A stretch of DNA of 62,663 nt from an uncultured Candidatus Saccharibacteria bacterium (GCA_964553025.1 CAZKJF010000007.1:1-62663); one strand, 5' to 3'; positions 34,194 through 43,680 are shown, numbered from the stretch's first letter. Program-made: numbers and translations. Notes: generated by a model not told the origin, from the sequence alone.

Positions 34194-36308
34194 CTACTTC
34201 CGCTGTCCTTTCATGGTCAGATTCAAGCGGCCGAGTTCATCGACGTTCTTCACCCAGACATGGACTTTCTGGCCTTCGGCAAGGATATCGCTGGGGTGCC
34301 GGACTCGCTCACGACTCATTTCTGAAACATGGACTAGCCCGTCAATTCCCGGCAAAATCTCTACGAAAGCCCCGAAATCCATAATTTTCACGACAGTTCC
34401 ATCAAATTCGTCGCCCGGATTCGGTTCGTAGGTCAATTCATTAATCAAGTCGAGAGCGAGTTTCATGCCGTCGGCGGTGTTGCAAGTGATAAATACCGAT
34501 CCATCATCTTCAATATCGATCTCAGCGCCGGTTCGTTCGATAATTTCATTGATCGTTTTGCCGCCGCTGCCGATAACTGCTCCGATTTTCTTGGGATTAA
34601 TCTTGATGACCTTCACGCGAGGAGCATGAGATGACAGTTCGGGACGGACAGACGGCAGAGCGGATGCAATCACATCCAGAATCTCCAATCGGGCTTTTTT
34701 GGCTTGGATCAACGCTTCATGAAGAATCTTGGGAGTAATACCTTCAATCTTAACATCCATCTGCATACCGGTAATACCGTCTCGGGTGCCGGCGACTTTC
34801 AAGTCCATATCGCCGTGGTGGTCTTCAGGGCCCTGAATATCCGTCAGAATCTTGTATTTCTCGCCTTTTTCATCAAACATCAAACCCATCGCGATGCCGG
34901 CGGCCGGCGCCTTGATCGGCACACCGCCGTCCATGAGGGCAAGCGTCGAACCGCAAACCGAGGCCATCGAGGATGAACCATTGGAAGACAAAATCTCCGA
35001 TACAACGCGGATTGTGTACGGAAACTCATCTTTGGTTGGAATAATCGGCTCAAGAGAACGTTCGGCGAGATAGCCGTGGCCGATTTCCCGGCGGCCGAGG
35101 CCGCCGATTCGCTTTACTTCGCCGGTGCTGTAGCCGGGGAAAACATAATGATGCATGAAACGCTTTTTGGTCAGATCGATCTCCATGGTTTCAAGCCATT
35201 GTTCGGCACCCGGAGCAGCCAACGTTAAAATGGACAAGGCCTGGGTTGAGCCGCGATTAAATAACCCGGAACCATGCGTGTGCGGCAATAGTCCCGCATC
35301 GGCAGAGATCGCCCGTAATTCATCAGTTTTACGGCCATCAGGTCGTTTTTCTTCTTCCAAAACATTTTTATGCACCATTCGGTCGATTTCCTCTTCAAAA
35401 ATAACGCTTGCCTCGTTCATTTTTTTTCCCAGGTCGGGATTCTCGGCGAATTGCTGTTTGATATGCTCCATCAATTCAGCCTTAATTTGACCCAATCCTT
35501 CGTAGAGTTCATTCTTGCCTTTTCCGGGTAAATACAAAGCCGTACGCAGCTTACTCTCCGAAAAAGTGCGGACCACGGCAATCAGGGAAGCGTCATGCTC
35601 CGCGATATTAAGAATTTTCTTGGGTTTGCCGATCTCGGCAACGATTTTCTTCTGAAATTCAATGAGGGCTTGAAGCTCGTCAAAACCTTTGGCAATAGCG
35701 TTAGCCATGTCATTTTCGCCGATAATATTGGCGCCGGCTTCGATCATGTTGATACGGCTGGCTGTCCCTGCAACAATAACGTCAAAGTCGCTTTCCTGAC
35801 GCTGTTTATAGCTCGGATTGATAACAAGGTTGCCGCCGATACGACCCACGCGTGCACCGGCAACCGGCCCATTAAAGGGAATATCCGAAATCATCAGGGC
35901 GATTGAAGCGCCGAAAAGAGCCGGCATGTCCGGATCGTTCACGCCATCAAAGGAGAGAACCGTCGCAACCACCTGAATCTCGTTGCGGATATTAGAGTTG
36001 AATCGAGGCCGGATCGTGCGATCAATCACTCGGCCTGTTAAAATGGCTTCCTCCGAGGGCTTACCTTCCCGTTTAATCCACTTAGAGCCTTTAATTTTGC
36101 CGGCGGCATAGTATTTCTCTTCGTATTCAACCGTCAGCGGCAGGTAATCGACTGCTTTCTCGCTTGCTGACATGGTAGCATTGATGAGAACCGTGGTTTC
36201 ACCGTATTGAACGCGGACGGTGGCATTGGCCTGGCCGCCCAAACGGCCGGTTTCAACCGTCAGCGGTTGACCGGCAAATTCTGTCTTATATGTTTTAATT
36301 TCCGCCAT
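34194..36308 (-). CDS. pnp: polyribonucleotide nucleotidyltransferase (PNPase)
   Basis: 704 aa from MAEIKTYK, with two RNase PH domains followed by KH and S1 domains. Confidence 0.97.
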   Translation of the reverse strand: MAEIKTYKTEFAGQPLTVETGRLGGQANATVRVQYGETTVLINATMSASEKAVDYLPLTVEYEEKYYAAGKIKGSKWIKREGKPSEEAILTGRVIDRTIRPRFNSNIRNEIQVVATVLSFDGVNDPDMPALFGASIALMISDIPFNGPVAGARVGRIGGNLVINPSYKQRQESDFDVIVAGTASRINMIEAGANIIGENDMANAIAKGFDELQALIEFQKKIVAEIGKPKKILNIAEHDASLIAVVRTFSESKLRTALYLPGKGKNELYEGLGQIKAELMEHIKQQFAENPDLGKKMNEASVIFEEEIDRMVHKNVLEEEKRPDGRKTDELRAISADAGLLPHTHGSGLFNRGSTQALSILTLAAPGAEQWLETMEIDLTKKRFMHHYVFPGYSTGEVKRIGGLGRREIGHGYLAERSLEPIIPTKDEFPYTIRVVSEILSSNGSSSMASVCGSTLALMDGGVPIKAPAAGIAMGLMFDEKGEKYKILTDIQGPEDHHGDMDLKVAGTRDGITGMQMDVKIEGITPKILHEALIQAKKARLEILDVIASALPSVRPELSSHAPRVKVIKINPKKIGAVIGSGGKTINEIIERTGAEIDIEDDGSVFITCNTADGMKLALDLINELTYEPNPGDEFDGTVVKIMDFGAFVEILPGIDGLVHVSEMSRERVRHPSDILAEGQKVHVWVKNVDELGRLNLTMKGQRK

Positions 36309-36362
36309 GAAAACGAACAAAAGAGGAGAGCGGTCTCATGATGAGTGAGGCCCGAGCAATGC

Positions 36363-36404
36363 TAGCCAATCAGCGAAACCGCTTGCGGTTTCGCTGATTG
36401 GCTA
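36363..36404 (-). promoter_or_regulatory. ~18-20-bp perfect hairpin in the pnp 5' leader
   Basis: TAGCCAATCAGCGAAACCGC-tt-GCGGTTTCGCTGATTGGCTA. Lies between a TGgTATATT -10 (complement of 36463-71) and the pnp ATG (36308). Confidence 0.5.
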
Positions 36405-36484
36405 ATTCAGCCCTGATGCCTTGCCGTGTTCTTCGCTTTTGTTATAAATAATTGCTGGCGTTAATATACCACGTCCGACCCGGA

Positions 36485-36519
36485 TTGAAAAGGCCCGCGC
36501 AAAGCGCGGGCCTTTTCAA
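36485..36519 (-). terminator. rho-independent terminator after the NYN gene
   Basis: TTGAAAAGGCCCGCGC-aaa-GCGCGGGCCTTTTCAA. Confidence 0.8.
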
Positions 36520-36526
36520 TCCTCCG

Positions 36527-37045
36527 CTATTTCAGGAGTATTTTTTCTTTCAGCTCATCTAAATCCGTAAAGTTATGGGCGGCGTTGATCAGCCGCGCAC
36601 TCGTTGAGCGGCCAAATCCTGCCACTTCAACGACCTGGCCGTTGAATTTGAGATACTCCACCAACGGCTCGTAATCGCCATCCCCGGAGACAAGAACGAT
36701 AACATCGACAAGCTTGGACAAAGTAATCGCATCAATAGCGATTGCCACATCCCAGTCGCCTTTTTTCATGCCGCCCGGAAAAATCTGGAGATCCTTTGAC
36801 TTCAGTTCATAGCCGGCTTTTTCTAAAGCGCTAAAGAACGCCTTTTCTTCTTCGGTATCAGATTTGACCACGTAGGCAACAGCTCGGACAAGTTCGCGGT
36901 TCGCCGTAACCAGTTTGAGCAATTCTTTGAAATTAACCCGGTTGTGATAGAGATTCTTGGCCGAATGATACATATTCGACACGTCGACAAACACCCCGAT
37001 GCGATGATTTTTTCGCTGGGGTACTGTTATTTTTGAGTTAGCCAT
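36527..37045 (-). CDS. NYN-domain (LabA/DUF88-like) putative RNase
   Basis: 172 aa. IGVFVDVSNMY...VLVSGDGDYEPLV are hallmarks of NYN/LabA. Confidence 0.85.
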   Translation of the reverse strand: MANSKITVPQRKNHRIGVFVDVSNMYHSAKNLYHNRVNFKELLKLVTANRELVRAVAYVVKSDTEEEKAFFSALEKAGYELKSKDLQIFPGGMKKGDWDVAIAIDAITLSKLVDVIVLVSGDGDYEPLVEYLKFNGQVVEVAGFGRSTSARLINAAHNFTDLDELKEKILLK

Positions 37046-37062
37046 CTGTTTTTTGCTTAAAA

Positions 37063-37332
37063 TTACTTTCCTAAATCGAGTTTTTTGACCAGCACGGAAT
37101 GACGCTTGGCGTCAGTACGCTTGAGATAATCAAGCAAGCGCTTGCGCTTGGCAACCATCTTCAAAAGACCGAGACGGGAACTGTTGTCTTTCTGATGTTT
37201 TTTCAAATGCTTCGCCAAAGAGTCAATTTCTTTAGTAAATAAAGCAATTTGAGCTTCGGCAGAACCGGTATCTTTGTCATGAATTCGGACGCCTTCCAAA
37301 ATTTTTGATTTTTGCTGGGTCGTTAAAGCCAT
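37063..37332 (-). CDS. rpsO: 30S ribosomal protein S15
   Basis: 89 aa from MALTTQQKSKI, with GSAEAQIALFT and HLKKHQKDNSSRLGLLKMV motifs. The track ORF is over-extended to 37542. Confidence 0.95.
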   Translation of the reverse strand: MALTTQQKSKILEGVRIHDKDTGSAEAQIALFTKEIDSLAKHLKKHQKDNSSRLGLLKMVAKRKRLLDYLKRTDAKRHSVLVKKLDLGK

Positions 37333-37431
37333 GGGTATATGAAATTTAGGACAAATCAATTCTATCACAAACTCGGCCAAATTACAAGACCCCGGTTCCC
37401 ATCGATTCCTGTACATCGTATAATGATACTT

Positions 37432-38343
37432 ATGGACGTAAAGACTCTCAAACAGCAGTATCTCGAGTACCTGGAGATCGAAAAAAACCGATCGCCAAAA
37501 ACCCTTGAGAACTATAACCGATACTTGGATCGGTTCCTGCAATTCGCCAAAATCTCCAGCCCTGTCCAGTTGGATGAAGAGAAGGTCCGGATGTTTCGGC
37601 TATGGCTGAATCGCCAGACCGACCGCGACGGCCAGCCGCTCAAGCGTATCACTCAAAACTACCACATCATTGCCATCCGCAATTTCTTAAAATATCTGGC
37701 TAAGCGCGGCGTGAAGAGCGTCTCGCCGGAAAAGATTGAACTTGGCAAACAAGAAGACCGCCATGTTACGTTTCTTGAAAATGAGGAATTGAACCGACTG
37801 CTTGATTCGCCGAAGGGGAACGACCTGGACGCATTGCGGGACAAAGCCATTTTGAGCATGCTCTTTAGCACCGGCATGCGCGTCTCCGAACTCTGCTCGC
37901 TGAACCGGGATAAAGTCGACCTGAAACGCGGAGAATTGTCGGTCTTAGGAAAAGGTCGCAAAATCCGTCTCGTGTTCATTTCTGACCAAGCGCGCGACCA
38001 CATCGGGAACTACCTGGATAAACGAAAAGACGCCGACGAAGCGCTCTTCATCCGGATCCCCAAAACCGGCACCTACACCAAGGATAGCGACCTGCGTCTG
38101 ACGCCGCGCAGCATCCAGCGAATCGTTAAAAAGCATGCCGTTCAAGCGGGAATTATGGGCAAAAAGGTTTCCCCGCACACGCTTCGGCACTCATATGCTA
38201 CCGATCTGCTCCGCAACGGTGCCGATATCCGTTCTGTTCAGGCTATGCTCGGCCACTCATCCGTCACCACGACTCAAATTTATACCCACGTCACCGATAC
38301 CCAGCTCCGCGAAGTCCACAAAAAATATCACGGGAAAAAATAA
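37432..38343 (+). CDS. tyrosine recombinase, XerC/XerD-like
   Basis: 303 aa from MDVKTLKQ: SAM-like N-domain, then catalytic R...HxxR...Y (HTLRHSYATDLL...TQIYTHV). TATAAT lies 7 nt upstream of the ATG. Confidence 0.9.
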   Translation: MDVKTLKQQYLEYLEIEKNRSPKTLENYNRYLDRFLQFAKISSPVQLDEEKVRMFRLWLNRQTDRDGQPLKRITQNYHIIAIRNFLKYLAKRGVKSVSPEKIELGKQEDRHVTFLENEELNRLLDSPKGNDLDALRDKAILSMLFSTGMRVSELCSLNRDKVDLKRGELSVLGKGRKIRLVFISDQARDHIGNYLDKRKDADEALFIRIPKTGTYTKDSDLRLTPRSIQRIVKKHAVQAGIMGKKVSPHTLRHSYATDLLRNGADIRSVQAMLGHSSVTTTQIYTHVTDTQLREVHKKYHGKK

Positions 38344-38344
38344 T

Positions 38345-38367
38345 AACGGCCCGCGAAGCGGGCCGTT
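38345..38367. terminator. bidirectional terminator
   Basis: AACGGCCCGC-gaa-GCGGGCCGTT, between convergent genes. Confidence 0.8.
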
Positions 38368-38393
38368 AGGCGGTAACTTCCAGCTGTAGCGGA

Positions 38394-39044
38394 TCAAATG
38401 AAATATCGCTTATCGTTTTTTGCCTCGATAATGCGATGGACCCAAAGCAACAGGCGAGCTTGATGGATTCTAATCGTTCTTTGAGCCGTAGAAACTCGAT
38501 ATGCTCCCGATGAAATTCCAAGTTCAGAGAATCCCGGACCTGTGACCAGGCTATTCAGCAGAGGGAATCTCATGCGGAAATAGGTTTTCGGGCCGGTCTT
38601 CATGGGATAGGTTCTAACCCGACCCTGGGCCAGTTCGTACTCATAAACCGAATACAGGAGCCCGGCTGGGACTAGATATGCGACCTTGGTATGAGCAACT
38701 AAGAATTCTTCCAAGCCGCGGCCGCCGCGGGCTTTGAAAATACGCAAAGGCAAATTCTTCAATTCGCCGCGCCAGGAACCCCGGTTGGTATAGCAAATGA
38801 AGATATAGTTCTTACCGGCAGGATGAGAATCTTCCAAACTTCTGATAAGCTGGCCCTCTTCGATGATTGGCCCGTTGGAAAGGCCGGACATTTTGACTTC
38901 GGAATAACTGCCGGAAGAGTGTCGGAGGTCGCCGTTTCGGTGGCTATGGTGCAAAATCATACCGCCTTCCAGATGCTGGGCAACTGTAACGCCGAAGGTA
39001 TCAATTGTCTCCAGACATCGCCGATACACAGCTGATGTTCGCAT
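38394..39044 (-). CDS. hypothetical protein (orphan)
   Basis: 216-codon ORF with no recognised motif. Start uncertain; internal Met codons at MILHHSH and MSGLSNG are alternatives. Confidence 0.5.
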   Translation of the reverse strand: MRTSAVYRRCLETIDTFGVTVAQHLEGGMILHHSHRNGDLRHSSGSYSEVKMSGLSNGPIIEEGQLIRSLEDSHPAGKNYIFICYTNRGSWRGELKNLPLRIFKARGGRGLEEFLVAHTKVAYLVPAGLLYSVYEYELAQGRVRTYPMKTGPKTYFRMRFPLLNSLVTGPGFSELGISSGAYRVSTAQRTIRIHQARLLLWVHRIIEAKNDKRYFI

Positions 39045-39111
39045 ACGTTTAAAAGGTCTGTTCTTTTTATAACACTGACGCCGATAGGAGCAAGCAGCTG
39101 ACGGGGGATAA

Positions 39112-39152
39112 CCCTAATCAAAAATTCCGCTTTGCGGAATTTTTGATTAGGG
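39112..39152 (-). terminator. 18-bp hairpin abutting the 3' end of tRNA-Leu
   Basis: CCCTAATCAAAAATTCCG-ctttg-CGGAATTTTTGATTAGGG. Confidence 0.7.
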
Positions 39153-39234
39153 TGCCTGGGGCCGGACTCGAACCGGCAAGCCTTGCGGCAAGCGATTTTA
39201 AGTCGCTCGTGTATACCAATTCCACCACCCAGGC
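39153..39234 (-). tRNA. tRNA-Leu (UAA)
   Basis: Type II tRNA. Acceptor GCCTGGG/CCCAGGC; anticodon loop CTTAAAA. Confidence 0.93.
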
Positions 39235-39248
39235 ATGATACAGACCGG

Positions 39249-39320
39249 AGGCGCAGGCGGGAATCGAACCCGCGTATAAGAGTTTTGCAGACTCATGCCT
39301 TACCACTTGGCTACTGCGCC
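39249..39320 (-). tRNA. tRNA-Cys (GCA)
   Basis: Acceptor GGCGCAG/CTGCGCC; anticodon loop CTGCAAA. Its 5' end lies 2 nt from the infB stop codon. Confidence 0.93.
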
Positions 39321-39322
39321 CT

Positions 39323-40846
39323 TTATAACGTTCTGGCGATCTTTTCCTCTTCGTACACTTCCAGTATATCACCAACGCGGACATCGGGATTCTTTTTGGG
39401 ATCGACTTCAAGGCGAATGCCACCTTCCACGCCTTCGTGGACTTCGGAAACGTCTTCTTTGTTCTGCTGGACTTGAGTAATCTTGCCGGTCAGGACCGTA
39501 TTCCCATCCCGAACAATCTCGCCCAGAGCGCCGCGAACCAGCGTTCCAGAAGTGACGCGGCCGCCGATGACCTGGAATCGAGCGTCTTTTTTGAATACGC
39601 CCAGGATTTTAACTTTGCCGAGCGGAATCCGGCGAACTTCCGGCTCGAGCAGGTTCGCCATTTCTTTGCGGACATATTCGATGAGTTCATAGATAATATC
39701 GAACGTGGCGGCAGGAACACTGTCCTGTTCGGCGAGCTTGCGAGCCGAAGATTCAATCGGGACGCGGAAACCAACGATACATCCTTTACCGGCTACGGCG
39801 GCACGGACATCAACATCGGTCACGGGACCAATATCATGAGAGATGACGGTGTAGCCGACTTCGTCGGACTTAATTTGGCGCAACGCCGTATCGATCGCTT
39901 CCAGCGAACTGGCAACATCGGTTTTCAAGACTAAACGCACATATTTCTTGTTGGAATCGCCGTTCGTCGGCATGCCGCGAAAGAACGAAAACAAGGGAGT
40001 AAGATTCACGTTCGCCGCGGATAAATCCATCGCTTCGTCTTTAGAATACGCCGCCCGAAATTGGCGGCCAATTTCGGGGGCAGCCGGCCAACCGATGATG
40101 ACCACGGGTTGAGACGGCTCGGCTTTGGGAATCGGCTCGCCGATAAAATTCTCCATGGATTTGATTTTGCCGACCACGGTCCCGGCCACGATCCAATCAG
40201 CCAGAGACAGGAGGCCTTTTTGAACTAAAGCGGTGGCGACATAGCCACGGCGCTTGTCTAAGTGCGATTCGATGATTACGCCTTCGGCAGGCAGCGTGCG
40301 ATCTTCTTTCAAGTCTTCCAGTTCGGCAACCAGCAAAATCATATCCAGCAGATCGGGGATATTGCGCTTTTCCTTGGCGGAAACCTCAACCACCGGCACA
40401 GTGCCGCCCCAATCCTCAACCAAAACATCCAATCCGGCCAAATCCTGTTTCACTTTTTGGACATTTGCGCCTCCTTTGTCGATCTTGTTAATGGCGACGA
40501 TAAAGGGGATTTCTTCTTCCTTGATGATTCGAATCGCTTCAGCCGTCTGGGGTTTCACGCTCTCATCGGCCGCGACAACCAAAATCGCCACATCGGCAAC
40601 TTTGGTGCCGCGCGAACGAATTGCCGTAAAGGCCTCATGGCCCGGCGTATCCAAAAAGGTGATCATCTTGCCGGCATGGGTAACCTGGTAGGCACCGATA
40701 TGCTGGGTAATGCCTCCCGATTCGGTAGCGACCACGTTGGACTGGCGGATCACATCCAGGAGAGAAGTCTTGCCGTGATCAACATGGCCCAGAACAACCA
40801 CGATCGGCGGACGATGAGTATTCGATTGTGGCTGTATTTCGGGCAT
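39323..40846 (-). CDS. infB: translation initiation factor IF-2 (short form lacking N-terminal domains)
   Basis: 507 aa from MPEIQPQ. The G domain starts at about residue 12 (VVVLGHVDHGKTSLLD, DTPGH, NKID). Confidence 0.95.
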   Translation of the reverse strand: MPEIQPQSNTHRPPIVVVLGHVDHGKTSLLDVIRQSNVVATESGGITQHIGAYQVTHAGKMITFLDTPGHEAFTAIRSRGTKVADVAILVVAADESVKPQTAEAIRIIKEEEIPFIVAINKIDKGGANVQKVKQDLAGLDVLVEDWGGTVPVVEVSAKEKRNIPDLLDMILLVAELEDLKEDRTLPAEGVIIESHLDKRRGYVATALVQKGLLSLADWIVAGTVVGKIKSMENFIGEPIPKAEPSQPVVIIGWPAAPEIGRQFRAAYSKDEAMDLSAANVNLTPLFSFFRGMPTNGDSNKKYVRLVLKTDVASSLEAIDTALRQIKSDEVGYTVISHDIGPVTDVDVRAAVAGKGCIVGFRVPIESSARKLAEQDSVPAATFDIIYELIEYVRKEMANLLEPEVRRIPLGKVKILGVFKKDARFQVIGGRVTSGTLVRGALGEIVRDGNTVLTGKITQVQQNKEDVSEVHEGVEGGIRLEVDPKKNPDVRVGDILEVYEEEKIARTL

Positions 40847-40869
40847 GAAAGTGAAGGTGAATGCCCAAA

Positions 40870-40898
40870 ATTCTATCATTTTTTCGGCATTTGGTCAA
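40870..40898 (-). promoter_or_regulatory. candidate infB promoter TTGACC-17-TGaTAGAAT
   Basis: The -10 is the complement of 40870-75 and the -35 is the complement of 40893-98. This predicts a 5' UTR of about 17 nt. Confidence 0.55.
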
Positions 40899-40934
40899 AG
40901 CCCGGAAGCCAAAAGGGGGTGAGATTCATAAACC

Positions 40935-41462
40935 CTACTCTTTCTGCATATCTTCGTACGATAATCGCAATTTCTCGACCATCTCATCCGTTACGTCTTG
41001 TACTCCGTACTTCTGTAAAAATTGTTTGCCATATCCAGGCCCAAGATTATATTGCAAACTCCAAATCGCGGCAGCAAAATCTACTTGTGGCTTAGCTACC
41101 ATCAAGTCTCCCAAATCGATATAACCAGAAAATTCTTCTCCTTGGAATATAAAATTCGGCAAACAAGCATCGCCATGAACTAAGACTTTTCCTTCCTTGA
41201 AAGCACCAAAAGGACATTCTTTTATGTCTACTGCATGAAATTTATGGAGCGCGTCTATCAATGCGTCAACAACTTTTTCCTTCGACCATTCTTTACTTAA
41301 GGCCGCCAAGTTTTTACCCTCAATAGCTGACAGCAAAAGAACATCTTCGCCATCATATGTGGTAGAGCCCAGGACTTTTGGTACAGGCAATTTGTCAGCA
41401 AGCCAATCTAGATGAGTACGTTCTTTTTCAAGCCCTTTTCCTATTTTCGCAAAATAGTTTGC
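40935..41462 (-). pseudogene. decayed aminoglycoside-phosphotransferase (APH(3')-like) kinase gene
   Basis: The open frame of 175 codons begins directly after an ATG-TAA pair (41463-41468). Its translation ANYFAKIGKGLEKERTHLDWLADKLPVPKVL...HGDACLPNF...IDLGDL matches the APH(3') core. The N-terminal nucleotide-binding region (about 40 aa) is missing, and about 50 aa are missing between the HxxD-box region and HGD. Confidence 0.6.
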
Positions 41463-41554
41463 TTACATAAAAATTTACACAAAAAACCGACTTCGTAATG
41501 AAATCGGCTTTTCAATCGTTAAAAACCCTTATTTTGCTTGGGTTCAAACTTGGT

Positions 41555-41649
<95 letters not shown>

Positions 41650-41668
41650 GGAGAGAGCGGCCTCAATG

Positions 41669-41757
41669 CGGAGACGGGAGGATTCGAACCTCCGGTCCGG
41701 TTTTACCCGAACACCTCTTTAGCAAAGAGGTACATTAGACCACTCTGACACGTCTCC
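41669..41757 (-). tRNA. tRNA-Ser (GCU)
   Basis: Type II tRNA. Anticodon stem-loop CCTCT-TTGCTAA-AGAGG. No encoded CCA. Confidence 0.93.
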
Positions 41758-41783
41758 AAATTTCCTTGATTTTAGCATTTTTC

Positions 41784-42491
41784 CTAGCCCCTGGCAATGA
41801 CAAGCGCGGAGACGGAAGCGGCGCCGGCCGCTTTCAGAACGGCGGCGCATTCATTCAGCGTCGCCCCGGTCGTACAGACATCGTCAACAATGAGCACATT
41901 GCGGCCGGCGCCGATTTTGCTGATGCAGGCAAACTGGCCGCGGGCGTTCTTGAACCGTTCAGACCGGTCGGATATTCGCGCTTGCGGCATTGCACGGACG
42001 GACCGCTCAAGCAGGGAACCAAAATCGGTTCGCAGCTGGCCGGAAATTCTTCGAGCAATAAGCTCCGACTGGTTAAACCCGCGCCAATTCTCGCGGCGGA
42101 CGTGCAAGGGAACATTGGTAAGAAGAAAACCCTCGCCGGCAAACGAAATCCGATGGAGCGCTGATTGGTTTCGAATGTATGTTACCGCCCAATCCCCAAG
42201 CGGATCGGCCAATTCCGGCAGAAATTTATACTTAAACCCATGGATCGCGGCATGCACGACCGGATGACGATAATCGCTCGCGACGAAAAATCGAGTGATG
42301 GCGCACTCCGCTTTGCAGCCCGAACAGGTAAACCCGCCGGGTGAACTCTGGCGGCAGCCAATGCATTCAAGACGGAATTGAAGCGGCACGCTCCGAAAGC
42401 AGGCAGAGCAGAGGTATGCACGCTCGAGAAACGCACCGCAGCCCAGGCAGCGATAGGGGAATATCAGGTCGGCAATTCGGCGAATCAGCAT
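41784..42491 (-). CDS. comFC: ComF-family protein (ComFC, phosphoribosyltransferase fold)
   Basis: 235 aa. N-terminal 4-Cys zinc motif (CLGCG...CSAC) and a C-terminal PRT motif LIVDDVCTTGATL. Confidence 0.85.
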   Translation of the reverse strand: MLIRRIADLIFPYRCLGCGAFLERAYLCSACFRSVPLQFRLECIGCRQSSPGGFTCSGCKAECAITRFFVASDYRHPVVHAAIHGFKYKFLPELADPLGDWAVTYIRNQSALHRISFAGEGFLLTNVPLHVRRENWRGFNQSELIARRISGQLRTDFGSLLERSVRAMPQARISDRSERFKNARGQFACISKIGAGRNVLIVDDVCTTGATLNECAAVLKAAGAASVSALVIARG

Positions 42492-42582
42492 ATGGGGATA
42501 ATTCAGCGCACCGGAATTTCTGTTCTGTGATATACTCTATTGTATACAAATCGGCTCCGTGACGCTACGGACGCATTCATCA

Positions 42583-43626
42583 ATGGCTCTATTCGGTCCC
42601 AGCAGCACAATCGGCATCGATATCGGCACTGCCGCCATCAAAATCATCGAGCTTACCAAGAAAAGCAACCGCTTTCATTTGAAAAATTACGGCCTCTTTG
42701 AAATCAAAAGCATTTCTGGCGCGAGCACCGATCAAAGCATTTTGAAGCTGCCGGATGATGAAATCGCCTGGGGCATTAAAGAACTTCTCAAAAAATCAAA
42801 GATCGGCGGCCATAACGTGGTGGCATCGATTCCATCTTTCTCGACATTTGCCACTGTCATTGAAATGCCATACCTCTCCGAAGCGGAACTTGCTAAGGCG
42901 CTTCCGTTTGAAGCCCGCAGATACGTACCGATTCCTCTGGATGAAGTCGTACTCGATTGGTCAATCATCGGCATCACCGGCCAAGGCCCCAAACCGACGG
43001 TTGAAGTGTTCGTTGCGGCAGTGCCGAAAGACGAAACCGTCCGCTATCAGACGATCATGGCCAAAGCCGGCCTCACGCTCAAAGCTTTAGAACTAGAAAA
43101 TTCAGCTCTTGCCCGCGCCGTAATCGGCAACGATCTTTCGCCGACTGCGGTAATCAACATCGGCGGACGCAGTACTTCAATCATTATCATTAACAAAGGA
43201 TACGAACGGCTTTCTCATAACTATGAGGTTGGGGGCTTTGAGATTACGAAGTCTATCGCTCGCTCTTTGAATGTCAGCATCGAGAAGGCCGAAGAACTCA
43301 AAAAAACGCTGGGACTCAAGCAGATTGACGAAAATATCATTAACGAAGCCATGTCGTCGCTCATTGATATGATGGCCTTTGAGACTCGAAAAACCATCAC
43401 TGCCTACGAAACTTCAAAAAACCAGAAAATTTCGCGAATCATACTGGTCGGCGGGATGGCCAACATGCCAAACTTCCTCGAATATTTCAAGCAAAAACTC
43501 GGCCAAGACGTGATAATCGGCAATCCCTTCACCCGCATCGTCTACCCCCAGGCACTCGGCCCGGTAATCGGCGAACTGGCCAGTACGTTTTCAGTTGCTA
43601 CCGGCCTGGCTATGCGCGATATTTAG
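42583..43626 (+). CDS. pilM: type IV pilus assembly ATPase-fold protein PilM
   Basis: Actin-like fold N-terminus IGIDIGTAAIKIIEL. The track ORF opens at GTG 42559; ATG 42583 is preferred. Confidence 0.85.
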   Translation: MALFGPSSTIGIDIGTAAIKIIELTKKSNRFHLKNYGLFEIKSISGASTDQSILKLPDDEIAWGIKELLKKSKIGGHNVVASIPSFSTFATVIEMPYLSEAELAKALPFEARRYVPIPLDEVVLDWSIIGITGQGPKPTVEVFVAAVPKDETVRYQTIMAKAGLTLKALELENSALARAVIGNDLSPTAVINIGGRSTSIIIINKGYERLSHNYEVGGFEITKSIARSLNVSIEKAEELKKTLGLKQIDENIINEAMSSLIDMMAFETRKTITAYETSKNQKISRIILVGGMANMPNFLEYFKQKLGQDVIIGNPFTRIVYPQALGPVIGELASTFSVATGLAMRDI

Positions 43627-43680
43627 AAATTGTTGATAAAGCCCTAACCTCAACGCTCAATACGTTGTATACTATATAGT

